A stretch of DNA of 64,000 nucleotides from an uncultured Collinsella sp. (GCA_902478965.1 CABSMQ010000001.1:14857-78856), one strand, 5' to 3'; counted from the first letter of the stretch, positions 27,565-38,464 are shown. Notes: generated by a model from the sequence alone, not told the origin. Translations and numbers: made by a program.

Positions 27565-30564
27565 ATGGTAAACGATTTGAGCGGTATAGACGACCTCGAG
27601 CTGATGCCGCTGGGCGGAGGCTATATGGTGCGACGCGAACGCTTGATGAATGAGCTTATCGCCAAGGGCCGAAAGGCCGGCATCGTGGTTCTTTATGCGC
27701 CCGACGGGTTTGGGAAGACCTCGGTGCTGCTGCAGTACACCCATGAGGTTAAATGCGACCCGACGCGAGGCCCCGTGCGGATTATCGAGGCCGATCGTGC
27801 CATTGGGCGCGAGGTGTTTATGCAGCTCGAGGTGGTTACCGAAGAACTCAAAGACAAACCGCACTCTCTTATCGCGATTGATAATGTGCCAAACCTCGAT
27901 CAGCATGATACCGAAGACCTCATCGAAAGGATTCGCGGCCTGCGCGCTATGGGGGTAGGGGTCTTTATTTCTTGCCGTCCTTCAAATCGTCAGCTGATTC
28001 ATGGGCTGGGCGATTCGGTTAAGATCAATGCGCAGATGCTCAAGGTGCATGCCTATGAGTATTCGGCGTGGGCATCGGCGTTTTCGATCAGCACATCGCT
28101 CGACTTTTATCAGCTCACGCAGGGCGTGCCCGAGCTCGTTTCGGCATTGCAGACAGGTCTGTATGGCCAAGGCGACGTAGCCAGCCTGCTCGAAAACGAG
28201 ATTGTCAACGTGTATGGCGCGGCACTTGCCGATCTGGCTTCACTCGACAATAATGCGCTGTTTTGCGTGGCATGTCTCATGGTTTTGATGGGCGAGGGCA
28301 ATATCGCAGAACTCGAGGCCTGTGGGGTGAGGCTGTCGATGGTCGACCAGTCCTACTTTGTACGCGACTACCCGATCTTTGGCTTGGATCCCGCCGAGCG
28401 GAGTTTTACGTGTCTAGGCACGGAGGATAACGGACGCTTGCGCTTGCGTAAGTTGGTGGCCGAGGTTCGCCCCGAACTTGTTCCGAGGGCGGCCCGGATT
28501 TTGCTTAAGGCGGGCCGATGCGATGCGGCGATGGGCCTGGCGGACGCCTTTCTGGACCGTGAAGCGGTCCTTGAACTTGCTGGGCAGTATGGGGTCGATC
28601 TGGCTCTGACGGGGCACGGGGCCGATATCTGCCGAGCGGCGCTGGGCACGATCGATGCCGACGATCCGGCTCCAGAGCCAACGCCTGCCGAAGCGCTTGG
28701 CGTATATCTGGCAGCGGTCAGCGTGTCCAATACAAAGCTCGCTCGCTATATGGCATCGGTCATCGAACGCGGGGGCGAACGGGCGGCCTGCGAAATAGAC
28801 CCTGTTTCATGGAGGGTGGCCCAGACACTGACGGCTGTTTGCTATGGGGACAACGGGCTTGGGCTTCCTACGAACCTGGCCGTGCCAGAAATAGAGACGT
28901 CCCACACCGCACTCGATATGTTGTCTGCGCATATCGAGGTCAAGCGCTGCCTGACCGAGCGGGGAGATGACGGCGGCGTTCTACAGCAGCTCAAAACGAG
29001 CAAGGCCTACGATTGCGAGCTCGACATCGCGGGGATTGTTATACGGGCCGATAGCATGCTGGTGGAGCTCTTTGACGGGTCGTTTGCGGGAACCGACGAG
29101 CGCGACGACGAGATGACGGTGGTGCGGGAGGCGCTCGACGTACGTGGGCTTAAGGCGATGGCTATCTGGGTGCGCATGGTGTTGGCGGCACGGCGGCTCC
29201 TTTCCGGCTTGCCGGTAACCGACGACGCGGCGTTCAACGAGCTCGATCGTTTTGCCGTGCGCATGCGCGACAACCAGATTCAGCTGTTTGGGCTGTTGCT
29301 AGAAGGCTGGCAGTCGCTGGCAGAGGGACGGCCGGTTAATGCAAAGTTCCGTGCGGTCCAAGTGCTCAAACTTGCCGAGGAGTCGATTGCGTACATGCGC
29401 GATAACGCATTGCTGCTGGAGCGCGCGGCATATCTGCGTAACACCTCGATGGTTTCGGTGCGCGAGGAAGCGGAGTTGCTCGATATAAGCCAGACGCAGG
29501 TTGGTGGAGCGGAGGCCTGGATGGTGGCGCTGCATTTGGCCTGTGCGGGCCGAGACAGCGATCTTGCGGCCTGGATGTCCATGAATCGTGCTGGGATTCT
29601 AGAGCCATCGTATCGGCTCTTTGCGCGTCTTGCCATGCATTGTCTGGGCGAGCCGGCGGGCAGGATACGCAAGAAGCTTCCCGTGCGCGAGCTGTCGCGG
29701 TACTCGCTGCGCGACGATTTGGAAGGGGAGGGCGAGCGTCTGTTCCAGGCTGGCGAGGTTGAAGCCGTTGATACCATCGGCCATATCGAGATTCGCATGT
29801 TTGGTGCGTTTCGCGCCGAGCGCGACGGGTTTCCCATCACGGACAAAATGTGGCGCCGCAAGAAGGCGGCGACGCTTGCCGAGCGGCTTGCGCTGGGCAT
29901 GGATGCGCTCGTCGATCGCGAGACGCTGGCCATGGAGCTGTGGCCCCATGCCGAGTTCAATAGCGCCCGCAACAACCTGTACTCGACGATATCGCGCTTG
30001 CGGTCGGCTTTGGGACCGACGCCGGATGGCAAGTCGTGTGTGCTCATCCAAAATGAATGCATCGGACTCAACGGCGACTACGTCAAGACCGATGTACGGC
30101 TGTTTGACCAGATAAGCCGCGAGGTTTTGGGAAATCGCACGGGTGCGCGCGGGCCCCATTTAGTTGAGCTGTGCCTTAAGATTGAGCAGCTTTATGCCGG
30201 ACCGCTGTATGTTCCCAATGGCTGTAATCCCACCTACTTTTTGCGTATGCGACGCATTATGCAGTCAAAGTACATCGATTGCATGATTAAGGGAGCAAAT
30301 GCCGCTCTAGAAGAAAACGATCTGCAGTCGGCGATTTGGCTGGCGGAGTCGGGGCTTCGGCAGGAAACGGCGCGTGAGGATATGGTGCGCTGCGCCATGC
30401 GCGTCTACAGTGCGGCGGGGCGGCGGCGCGATATCGTCGAGCTGTACAGCGGGCATATGCACCATCTGAGGGAGCAGGTCAATGGTGTGCCCGAGCCCGA
30501 GACGCGGCGTCTATACGAGCGCTTGGTGGAGGGTCGGCTCAACCGCGTGCTGGTCGAGCGATAA
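27565..30564 (+). CDS. Large transcriptional regulator: MalT-like P-loop N-terminus plus wHTH/BTAD C-terminus
   Basis: APDGFGKT; DRETLAMELWP..NLYSTISRLRSAL; EDMVRCAMRVY..GVPEPETRRLY. Confidence 0.75.
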   Translation: MVNDLSGIDDLELMPLGGGYMVRRERLMNELIAKGRKAGIVVLYAPDGFGKTSVLLQYTHEVKCDPTRGPVRIIEADRAIGREVFMQLEVVTEELKDKPHSLIAIDNVPNLDQHDTEDLIERIRGLRAMGVGVFISCRPSNRQLIHGLGDSVKINAQMLKVHAYEYSAWASAFSISTSLDFYQLTQGVPELVSALQTGLYGQGDVASLLENEIVNVYGAALADLASLDNNALFCVACLMVLMGEGNIAELEACGVRLSMVDQSYFVRDYPIFGLDPAERSFTCLGTEDNGRLRLRKLVAEVRPELVPRAARILLKAGRCDAAMGLADAFLDREAVLELAGQYGVDLALTGHGADICRAALGTIDADDPAPEPTPAEALGVYLAAVSVSNTKLARYMASVIERGGERAACEIDPVSWRVAQTLTAVCYGDNGLGLPTNLAVPEIETSHTALDMLSAHIEVKRCLTERGDDGGVLQQLKTSKAYDCELDIAGIVIRADSMLVELFDGSFAGTDERDDEMTVVREALDVRGLKAMAIWVRMVLAARRLLSGLPVTDDAAFNELDRFAVRMRDNQIQLFGLLLEGWQSLAEGRPVNAKFRAVQVLKLAEESIAYMRDNALLLERAAYLRNTSMVSVREEAELLDISQTQVGGAEAWMVALHLACAGRDSDLAAWMSMNRAGILEPSYRLFARLAMHCLGEPAGRIRKKLPVRELSRYSLRDDLEGEGERLFQAGEVEAVDTIGHIEIRMFGAFRAERDGFPITDKMWRRKKAATLAERLALGMDALVDRETLAMELWPHAEFNSARNNLYSTISRLRSALGPTPDGKSCVLIQNECIGLNGDYVKTDVRLFDQISREVLGNRTGARGPHLVELCLKIEQLYAGPLYVPNGCNPTYFLRMRRIMQSKYIDCMIKGANAALEENDLQSAIWLAESGLRQETAREDMVRCAMRVYSAAGRRRDIVELYSGHMHHLREQVNGVPEPETRRLYERLVEGRLNRVLVER

Positions 30565-30633
30565 AAAACGGGCGCCCGAAGTACTTGGGCACCCGTAAGC
30601 TTGCTATATGTTGGCTCGCCGGATCATTGGCTC

Positions 30634-30933
30634 TTAGACGAGCTTGATCTTCTCGATGTCCTTGCGCGAGGACTCGCGATACAGCGAGAACTTGCGGCCG
30701 ATGACCTGGACGACCTCGGCGTGGCAACGCTCGGCGAGCTCTTCGGCGGCCTCGCGGGCGGAAAGGCTGGAGCCATCGAGCACGGAGCACTTAACGAGCT
30801 CGTGCTTCTCCAGATAGGCGACTGTCTGCTCGACGGTGCCCTCGTTGACGTCGGACTTGCCGATGATGATGGCGGGGTTGAGGTGATGGGCCATGCTGCG
30901 AAGCTGCTTGACCTGTGCTCCTGTCAGTGCCAT
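30634..30933 (-). CDS. yhbY: YhbY/CRM RNA-binding protein
   Basis: LRSMAHHLNP, HELVK and QVIGRK motifs. Confidence 0.92.
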   Translation of the reverse strand: MALTGAQVKQLRSMAHHLNPAIIIGKSDVNEGTVEQTVAYLEKHELVKCSVLDGSSLSAREAAEELAERCHAEVVQVIGRKFSLYRESSRKDIEKIKLV

Positions 30934-31091
30934 GGGTTCTCGCTTTCTATGTATGGGGCGCCCCGCGACGGGGCCTTAATCTACGTGAGCTGTCCCACGA
31001 TAGCGCAGGAACGGCGCGGTGTGGGGCGCGTTTGCCCAGTTCAAAAAGAATGCGGATGCCGAGTGAGTGGGCGGCGTGGGCTGCGAACAGG

Positions 31092-31979
31092 CTATGAGCT
31101 GGGCGCAGAGACCGGCTCCCATGCAATAAACGCCCAACGGACCTTGCGGACGTGGTCGAGCATATAGCGTCCCTGCGGCACGCCCTTGGAGCCCGGCTCA
31201 CCGGCATGGGGGTTCTCAATCATGTGTTGAGCGATGTAGTCGCGCAGACGGTCGACCTTATCCTCGTTGCCATGCTCAAGCATGCGGGAAAAGTCCGCCA
31301 CGCCCGCTTCAAGGCTGTCGAAGGTATCGCGACGAGGCGATTCAAAGTACGTAACCTGCGGCAGCGCACCCATCTGAATAAGGATGTTAAAGGCATACAC
31401 AAAACCATTACTGCAGGTAACCGAGGCACCGATGGCGTTCATCAGGTGCAGATCATAGCGCGGGCTGGAGTTAGCGACCATCGTGACAGCACAACGCCGA
31501 CGAGCCGTACGGTCAAGCTTGGCAAGTGCGCCTTTTAGGTTGGTCGTGGTGACAGAGCGACTGGCAAAGGCAACATCCACCGCTTTCGCGACCGGTCCAA
31601 CCAAATCCCAATCATCATCCCAAGCAAGCTCAAGCGGCGTTATGCGCCCCTCGAGCCCGTAATACTCAATGCCGGCATCAAGCGTGCCCAGCATAGCGGG
31701 GGAGAAGTCGGCAGCAATCACAGGATGCCCAGCCTGAGCAAGCGGAATAGCAATCGACCCAGCCCCACACCCCATATCAAGCACCGACTCACCAGGCTCA
31801 AGAGCCAGCAATTTCATAAAATCCCGGGCATACGGAGCAGTCTCAAGCGGCCGAAAATGCCGAGCCCGCTTATCCCATTCAAAAGAATCATCAGCCCGAT
31901 GCCGAGCGGCCTGCAGACGCATCCATTCGCCATTCCAATCCGCAGAAAGCAGCTCAGAACGAGTATCCCCATCAACCAC
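31092..31979 (-). CDS. Class I SAM-dependent methyltransferase
   Basis: VLDMGCGAG and DFSPAML motifs; AGGAGG SD before GTG 31979. Confidence 0.85.
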   Translation of the reverse strand: MVDGDTRSELLSADWNGEWMRLQAARHRADDSFEWDKRARHFRPLETAPYARDFMKLLALEPGESVLDMGCGAGSIAIPLAQAGHPVIAADFSPAMLGTLDAGIEYYGLEGRITPLELAWDDDWDLVGPVAKAVDVAFASRSVTTTNLKGALAKLDRTARRRCAVTMVANSSPRYDLHLMNAIGASVTCSNGFVYAFNILIQMGALPQVTYFESPRRDTFDSLEAGVADFSRMLEHGNEDKVDRLRDYIAQHMIENPHAGEPGSKGVPQGRYMLDHVRKVRWAFIAWEPVSAPSS

Positions 31980-32147
31980 GGGCCAACCTCCTAGCAACAA
32001 AAAAGCGACTCCCCCCCAAAAGAAGAGCCGCAACCAGCATATATCAGAAAAAGAACCGTTCCAACGCCAAACCACCGCACCAGTCAAGTGGTGCAGGAGC
32101 GAAGCGACTGCAACCGGGATAGAACCCAACCGAGGTCCCGTTGTGCG

Positions 32148-32281
32148 GGAGCCCCGGGGAGGGCAAATATATAAGGTCGATCGCGAGTTCCGCACGAGCC
32201 GGAGAGCACTTAATGTGCTCTCCGTGTGAGTCAGGACTGTCCGAGCAGGCGACCTTATATATTTGCCCTCCCCGGGGCTCC
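32148..32281 (-). repeat. Long structured palindromic element (family B, copy 2)
   Basis: 32-bp perfect terminal inverted repeat; same conserved core as 10481-10621. Confidence 0.85.
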
Positions 32282-32297
32282 TCGCCAGTCCCCTCAG

Positions 32298-33662
32298 CTA
32301 GTTCTTCAGCGAGTTCAGCGGTGCCGGGAAGCGTCCACCGCGGTGGGCAAGCACGGTGCCAGCGTTGGGGTTCACCGGCATGATGGGCGCACGGCCAAAC
32401 AGGCCGCCGTACTCGACGCAGTCGCCCACGTCCTTGCCGATGGCAGGAATCACGCGGACGGCCGTGGTCTTGTTGTTGATGACGCCGATGGCCATCTCGT
32501 CGGCGATGATGCCGGCGATGGTCTCGACCGGAGTGTCGCCAGGGATGGCAATCATGTCCAGGCCAACGGAGCACACGCAGGTCATGGCCTCGAGCTTCTC
32601 GAGCGAAAGCGCGCCGGCTTCGACGGCGGCGATCATGCCGGCGTCCTCGGACACGGGGATAAAGGCGCCGGAGAGACCGCCCACGCTGGAGCTGGCCATG
32701 ACGCCGCCCTTCTTGACGGCATCGTTGAGCATGGCGAGCGCGCAGGTCGTGCCGGGGCCACCGCAGGTGCCCACGCCGATGATCTCGAGGATGCGCGCGA
32801 CGGAGTCGCCGATGGCAGGCGTGGGAGCCAGCGACAGGTCGACAATGCCCTTCTCGACACCCAGACGATGGGCGGCCTCGCGGCTCATGAGCTCGCCGGC
32901 ACGGGTGATCTTAAAGGCGGTCTGCTTGATCTTCTCGGCGACTTCCATCATCGATGCGGAATCGGGCAGCGTCTCCAGGGCTGCGGCCATAACGCCAGGG
33001 CCCGAGACGCCTACGTTGATGACGGCGTCGGCCTCGCCACCGCCGTGGACAGCGCCCGCCATAAACGGGGAGTCCTCGACCATGTTGGCAAAGCAGACAA
33101 ACTTGGAAGCGCCGACGGAGTCCTGATCGGCCGTGAGCTTGGCGGCGTCGATGATGGTCTGGGCGGCCATAAGCACGGCGTCCATGTTGATACCGGCGCG
33201 CAGGCTGGCGACGTTGACGCTGGAGCAGACGCGGCTGGTGGTCGCGAGCGCCTGGGGGATGGACTGGATGACGCGGCGGTCGGCGTCACCGATGCCCTTC
33301 TGGACGAGCGCGGAGAAGCCGCCCAGGTAATCGATGCCGAGCGTCTCGGCCGCGCGGTCGAGGGCATGCGCGATGGGGGTGAGGTCCTCATCCTTGCAGC
33401 ACGCGGCGATCTGCGCCACCGGGGTGACGGAAACGCGCTTGTTGACGATGGGGATACCGTACTCGCGCTCGAGGTTCTCGGCGGTCTCGACCAGATGCTC
33501 AGCCGTGTGCGTCACGTGGTCGTAGATTTTCGTGCACATGCGGTCGAGGTTCTCGTCGCCGCAACCCATGAGCGAAACACCCATGGTGATGGTCCTGATG
33601 TCGAGGTTCTGTTCCTCAACCATGCCGCGGGTTTCCGCGATTTCTGCGGGCGTGATCGCCAT
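32298..33662 (-). CDS. UPF0210/DUF711 (PFL-like fold) protein
   Basis: [18 protein letters not shown] and CVCSVGLDM motifs; C-terminal SLKN. Confidence 0.92.
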   Translation of the reverse strand: MAITPAEIAETRGMVEEQNLDIRTITMGVSLMGCGDENLDRMCTKIYDHVTHTAEHLVETAENLEREYGIPIVNKRVSVTPVAQIAACCKDEDLTPIAHALDRAAETLGIDYLGGFSALVQKGIGDADRRVIQSIPQALATTSRVCSSVNVASLRAGINMDAVLMAAQTIIDAAKLTADQDSVGASKFVCFANMVEDSPFMAGAVHGGGEADAVINVGVSGPGVMAAALETLPDSASMMEVAEKIKQTAFKITRAGELMSREAAHRLGVEKGIVDLSLAPTPAIGDSVARILEIIGVGTCGGPGTTCALAMLNDAVKKGGVMASSSVGGLSGAFIPVSEDAGMIAAVEAGALSLEKLEAMTCVCSVGLDMIAIPGDTPVETIAGIIADEMAIGVINNKTTAVRVIPAIGKDVGDCVEYGGLFGRAPIMPVNPNAGTVLAHRGGRFPAPLNSLKN

Positions 33663-33770
33663 CCTTGCGCTCCTATCTGCCAAAACGAGCATAGTCTTAT
33701 CTATTCTAACGTGCCGCACGTGCCAAGTGGCGCGTGCGGCACGTTTTGGTGCTCGGTTGTTTCCGTTGTG

Positions 33771-36338
33771 TTACTTCCCAAAGACCTCTTCGGCGATGCG
33801 CGCGCTCTCGGCGGCGTCCTTGGCGTAGTAGTCCGCGCCGATCTGTTTGGCGTATTCGGGGGTGAGCACGGCGCCGCCCACGATAATCTTGACGCCCGGC
33901 ACCTCGGCATGAAGCAGTTTGATGGTCTCCTCCATGGCGACGACCGTGGTGGTCATAAGCGCCGAAAGGCCGACGAGCTTAATGTCGCGCTCCTGCACGG
34001 TCTTGAGCACCTCCTGCGGATCGACATCGCGACCCAGATCAAAGACGGTGTAGCCGTAGTTGTCGAGCAGCATCTTGACGATATTCTTACCGATGTCGTG
34101 GATGTCGCCCTTGACGGTGGCCACGCAGATCTTGCCCTTGTCGGCAATCTCACCGGCGGGCATCAGGCGCTTGATGGTGTCGAAGCCCACACGCGCGGCC
34201 TCGGCCGAGGCCATAAGCTGCGGCAAGAAGAACTTGCCCTGGTCAAAGAGGACGCCAACCTCATCGAGGGCGGGGATAAAGTGGTTGTTGATGAGGTCCA
34301 TGGCATCGTGGTCTGCCAGCAGACGCTCGGTCTCGGCAGCGATCTCGCCTTTGCGGCCCGAGACGACCATGCGACGAATCGGGTCGTCGTTGCCGTCGGT
34401 GCCGGCGGTGCCAGCAGCGGGCGCGGCATCACTCGATGCGGCCTGAGCCGCTGCCGGGTTGGCGGCGATCTTGTACGGATCGGTCCAGCCGGCGTAGCGC
34501 TCGATGTATCCGGTCGAGCCCTCGTCCTCAACGCTCAGGACGCGATAGCTGTAGACAGTATCCATAAAGCGCTTGGAGCCCGGGTTCATGATGGGGGCGT
34601 CCAGGCCCGCGCCGAAGGCGGCGGCCAAAAAGACCGAGCCCAGCAGCGGGCGGGCAGGCAGGCCAAAGCTGATGTTCGACACGCCGAGCGCGCATTTGAC
34701 GCCCAGACGCTCCTTGCACAGAGACATGGCGCGCAGGATCTGCTCGGCCTGGCGTTGATTGGTCGAGGCGGTCATGACCAGGCAGTCGATGAGGATGCGG
34801 TCCGGTCCGATGCCGTAGCGGGCAGCCTCGGCCACGATGCGCTCGGCGATGGCAAAGCGGGCCTCGGCGGTATCGGGGATGCCGCCTTCGTCGAGCGTAA
34901 GTCCGACAACGTTGGTGCCGTAGTGGGCGACCAGCGGAAAGATCTCATCCATGATCTGCTGCTTGCCATTGACCGAGTTGATGATGGGCTTGCCGGCGTA
35001 GCGGCGCACGGCGGCCTCGACGGCTGCGGGGTCGGTGGAGTCGATCTGCAGCGGCAGCAACGTGGAGCCCTGGAGCTGCTCGGTGGCCTGTTGGATGATC
35101 TTGACCTCGTCGATCTCGGGCAGGCCCACGTTAACGTCCAGGATGTCGGCGCCCTGTTCCTGCTGGCTGATACCCTGGCTCACGACGTAGTCCAGGTCGC
35201 CGTCGCGCAGGGCCTGCTGCAGGCGCTTTTTGCCGGTGGGGTTGATGCGCTCGCCGATGACGGCGATCTTGTGGCCGTCGCAGGGAAGGTCCACGACCGT
35301 TTGGGCGCTCGTGACCGACATGCTGGGCTTGCGGCGGCGCGGGCTGGGCGTGTGGTTATCGATAAGCGTGCGTAGCGCTGCCATGTGCGCCGGCGTGGTG
35401 CCGCAGCAGCCGCCCACGACGCTCACGCCGTCGGCGATCATGCCGGCGACGGCCTCGGCGTATTCGGGGGCCTGGATATCAAAGACGGTGTTGCCGTCGT
35501 CGTCCACATGGGGGAGTCCTGCGTTGGCCTGCACCATGATGGGTTTGTCGGTGACGGTGAGCATGCGTGCGGCAAGACCGCGGAGCTCGGCCGGTCCCTG
35601 GCTGCAGTTGATGCCTAAAACGTCGGCGCCGATGGCGTCGAGCGTGATGGCGGCCACCTCGGGACTCGTGCCCAGAAACGTGCGGCCGTCTTCCTCGAAG
35701 GTCATGGTGGCAAAGACGGGCAGGTCGGAGTTCTCGCGGCAGGCGAGGACGGCCGCCTTGATCTCGGCAAGGTCGGTCATGGTCTCGATAATAAAGAGGT
35801 CCACACCCGCGGCGACGCCGGCGCGCACTTCCTCGGCAAAGAGGTCGTAGGCCTCGTCGAAGCTCAGAGTACCCAGGGGGCGAAGCAGCGCGCCGATGGG
35901 GCCGATATCGCCGGCGACGTAGCGGGCGCCGGCCTCGCGGGCACAGGCGACGGCCGCGGCAAAGACGTCTGCCACGGTGGCGGCACCGTCGAGCTTGTGG
36001 GCGTTGGCGCCAAAGGTGTTGGCGGTAATCACGTCGCAGCCGGCCTCGACATATTGACGTTGGATATCAGTGATAACCTGGGGTTCCTCAAAGTTGAGCA
36101 GCTCGGGCAGGGCGCCCGCCTTCATACCAGCGGCCTGCAACATGGTGCCCATACCGCCGTCGAACAGCAAGTGCCCCGTGCCCTCGATGGCGGCGCGCAG
36201 GCGATCGTCCTTAATGCGCAGATCGTCGATCGTGCGCGTCTTGTACGTGGCACCGTTGCGACGTGCGGCGTCAACAGGCGCCGCCAGCGCGGCACCGTCC
36301 AGATCATGAGTGATAAGTATGTTTGAGCTATTCGCCAT
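33771..36338 (-). CDS. metH: Cobalamin-dependent methionine synthase lacking the reactivation domain
   Basis: DGGMGT, GGCCGT, IGERINPTG and DIHDIGKN (B12-binding) motifs. Confidence 0.93.
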   Translation of the reverse strand: MANSSNILITHDLDGAALAAPVDAARRNGATYKTRTIDDLRIKDDRLRAAIEGTGHLLFDGGMGTMLQAAGMKAGALPELLNFEEPQVITDIQRQYVEAGCDVITANTFGANAHKLDGAATVADVFAAAVACAREAGARYVAGDIGPIGALLRPLGTLSFDEAYDLFAEEVRAGVAAGVDLFIIETMTDLAEIKAAVLACRENSDLPVFATMTFEEDGRTFLGTSPEVAAITLDAIGADVLGINCSQGPAELRGLAARMLTVTDKPIMVQANAGLPHVDDDGNTVFDIQAPEYAEAVAGMIADGVSVVGGCCGTTPAHMAALRTLIDNHTPSPRRRKPSMSVTSAQTVVDLPCDGHKIAVIGERINPTGKKRLQQALRDGDLDYVVSQGISQQEQGADILDVNVGLPEIDEVKIIQQATEQLQGSTLLPLQIDSTDPAAVEAAVRRYAGKPIINSVNGKQQIMDEIFPLVAHYGTNVVGLTLDEGGIPDTAEARFAIAERIVAEAARYGIGPDRILIDCLVMTASTNQRQAEQILRAMSLCKERLGVKCALGVSNISFGLPARPLLGSVFLAAAFGAGLDAPIMNPGSKRFMDTVYSYRVLSVEDEGSTGYIERYAGWTDPYKIAANPAAAQAASSDAAPAAGTAGTDGNDDPIRRMVVSGRKGEIAAETERLLADHDAMDLINNHFIPALDEVGVLFDQGKFFLPQLMASAEAARVGFDTIKRLMPAGEIADKGKICVATVKGDIHDIGKNIVKMLLDNYGYTVFDLGRDVDPQEVLKTVQERDIKLVGLSALMTTTVVAMEETIKLLHAEVPGVKIIVGGAVLTPEYAKQIGADYYAKDAAESARIAEEVFGK

Positions 36339-37341
36339 GTGCATCCATTTCGTCTAGAGCCCACTGAGGAATTTCTATTTGAAGAGATTTGTCGGGCTCG
36401 ATATCTTCGATTCGCTTGTTGTAGTGGGCAAGAAGCCGTGCGACATTTAATCGAATTAGGCCTCGCTTGTAGAACGATAACTCTTCAATATTGATGCCGA
36501 TAAACGATTCGAGCGCGATAACCTGTACGCGATTGCCGAGTCCCTCACTTTCGAACAGTCCGTAAGCGAAGGAAACTTTATCGTGGGGGACAACGACGAT
36601 GGGCCGAATGCCATTTCGAATGTTATCTCGGCATCGATCGGTCAATTTGGCCATTGGCGATACAGTCACATGAAATGCAGCATCATTGATTTGGAAATCG
36701 CCAGAACGGTCTGTCTGCTGGTCGGCGGCGTTTGAGTTGTCCTTTCCGATTTCTATGGTTGGAAATAACATCTCTAGTTTTGCACCTACCAGGTGCTGTG
36801 CGACGGTACCCGTTGGCTTATCGGACCGTAGGCTTGCTTCGGCTAGGATATCATCGACAATGACAGAAATTGGTTTTTGAAGATCGATTTCGACTTTGAT
36901 TCTCTGCCGGTTAAAGAAATCGACCTGGATTCGCTCGACGAAGAAATTGGCGATTGCATTCGCAGCTTCAAGACGAGTGTCTTCGCAAGTGTCACTGGGT
37001 AGGGCAGAGTTGATAATTGTGGCAAGCTCAAGCGCCATCGGGAGTGTGCCGCGTGAGGTTCTGCCGCCCTCTGATGCGAAGGCACGCGTTTCCCCATGTC
37101 TGGCTAAAACTGTTTTGATGCATGCTCCACTTAGGCCTCGTACTTGGCTCCCCTTGTCCGATTGCACATAATCGTCGGTGAGCGGAAAACGGTTTTGCAA
37201 CAGCTCGCTTATGCCTATGCCAACCGCCATGACGTTACGGTTGACGTTGCCTCGCTTGCTGCGCTTGGATTCGTACCAGAGTTCAATGGCATCCAAGATG
37301 TCTTTATCGGGCTCGCTCAAGGAGCAATTGGTCATTTCCAT
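36328..37341 (-). CDS. DUF4928-like protein, candidate restriction endonuclease
   Basis: QHLVGAKL, AADQQTDRSGDF and FHVTVSP motifs recalled for DUF4928; low GC; overlaps the MTase gene. Confidence 0.7.
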   Translation of the reverse strand: MEMTNCSLSEPDKDILDAIELWYESKRSKRGNVNRNVMAVGIGISELLQNRFPLTDDYVQSDKGSQVRGLSGACIKTVLARHGETRAFASEGGRTSRGTLPMALELATIINSALPSDTCEDTRLEAANAIANFFVERIQVDFFNRQRIKVEIDLQKPISVIVDDILAEASLRSDKPTGTVAQHLVGAKLEMLFPTIEIGKDNSNAADQQTDRSGDFQINDAAFHVTVSPMAKLTDRCRDNIRNGIRPIVVVPHDKVSFAYGLFESEGLGNRVQVIALESFIGINIEELSFYKRGLIRLNVARLLAHYNKRIEDIEPDKSLQIEIPQWALDEMDAHGE

Positions 37342-38464
37342 TATTGTCCACTCCGTTCCTTGAAGACATAAGCGCGGGTTTGACTGCATTTTTTATAAGC
37401 CAAGTGACAACTGGCACGGCAACTGCATCGCCGAATGCGTAGCGAATCTGAGCATCCGAGAAGCCGCTAAACTGACATGAGTCAGCACCTTGGAGACGGG
37501 CATATTCAGTTCCAGTCATCCAGCGAACTTCTATCTTTCCGTTTTCGCATATAACGACTGCCTGTCTTGATGAGCCGCCGCGAGCCGTTCTTAGACATCC
37601 GGCAATTTCTTCTTCACGGATTTCCCAGCGCACAACGCCCGATCGCGTGCGACGGTAAGCAGTGCGAACAATTCTTTCTTTGGCATTTAAGAAGCGCTGA
37701 AGGCGCTCTGCTTGATGCGGTGCAAGTGAGTCGATAAATGCTTGTACTTGGTTTTTGTTCCACCAACGCTTGTCGTTCTCGGGAATATTTTCAACAACCG
37801 TTGCAAGGCCCGTCATGCGAAGTGGACTTGGCTCGTTTAGGTGAGAGACGTGCGTAATGAGTGAAGGATCGGAGTGAATCCAGGAGACCTTTTCAGGTCG
37901 AAGCGAGGAATCGAGTCGGCTGTTGGGAAGAGGGTTTTTTAATCCGACGACAAACATGCGGGGGCGTGACTGGGGAAGCCAGTGCCGTGCATCGATAAAA
38001 TAAGCGTCGCATGAATAGCCTAAACGATTAAATTCCTGGCAAACGAGTCTAAAGTCATCACTGTTATTAGACGTGGCAAGGCCGATGACATTTTCGAGAA
38101 CAAGTGCCCTCGGGGCACGATCGCTCATTCCTTCGATGGCCTTAATAAAGCCAAAGAACGCGCTGGACTCTTTGCCAGAGATAAGTCCCTCCCTGTTTCC
38201 CGCGAGAGATAAGTTTGTGCAAGGGCTTGACGCCCATGCGATGTCGGCTTGAGGTATTAGGTCGGGGTCGAGTGTGTGGACATCCTGCTCGACTAGATGT
38301 TCATCGCCCCAACACTGGCTGTACATGGCGCATTTAGTATGGTCTATGTCATTTGCCCAGATTGTTTTGATTCCGGCTTTTGCCATGCCGGCACGAGCCA
38401 AGCCAATGCCTGAAAAAAACTCAAGCGCGGTTAGTTGTGGCGAGAACTGCAGAATGTTGTGCAT
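37304..38464 (-). CDS. DNA (cytosine-5)-methyltransferase
   Basis: FSGIG (motif I), SPC (IV), ENV (VI), QSRPR (VIII) and GDAV (X). Confidence 0.93.
   Translation of the reverse strand: MHNILQFSPQLTALEFFSGIGLARAGMAKAGIKTIWANDIDHTKCAMYSQCWGDEHLVEQDVHTLDPDLIPQADIAWASSPCTNLSLAGNREGLISGKESSAFFGFIKAIEGMSDRAPRALVLENVIGLATSNNSDDFRLVCQEFNRLGYSCDAYFIDARHWLPQSRPRMFVVGLKNPLPNSRLDSSLRPEKVSWIHSDPSLITHVSHLNEPSPLRMTGLATVVENIPENDKRWWNKNQVQAFIDSLAPHQAERLQRFLNAKERIVRTAYRRTRSGVVRWEIREEEIAGCLRTARGGSSRQAVVICENGKIEVRWMTGTEYARLQGADSCQFSGFSDAQIRYAFGDAVAVPVVTWLIKNAVKPALMSSRNGVDNNGNDQLLLERAR

Noticed and set aside
32226..35375. 1049-aa plus-strand ORF, and other long antisense ORFs (e.g. 23685-25487, 40612-42636, 62527-63921)
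   Set aside because: Shadow frames opposite well-supported high-GC genes; no recognisable motifs.
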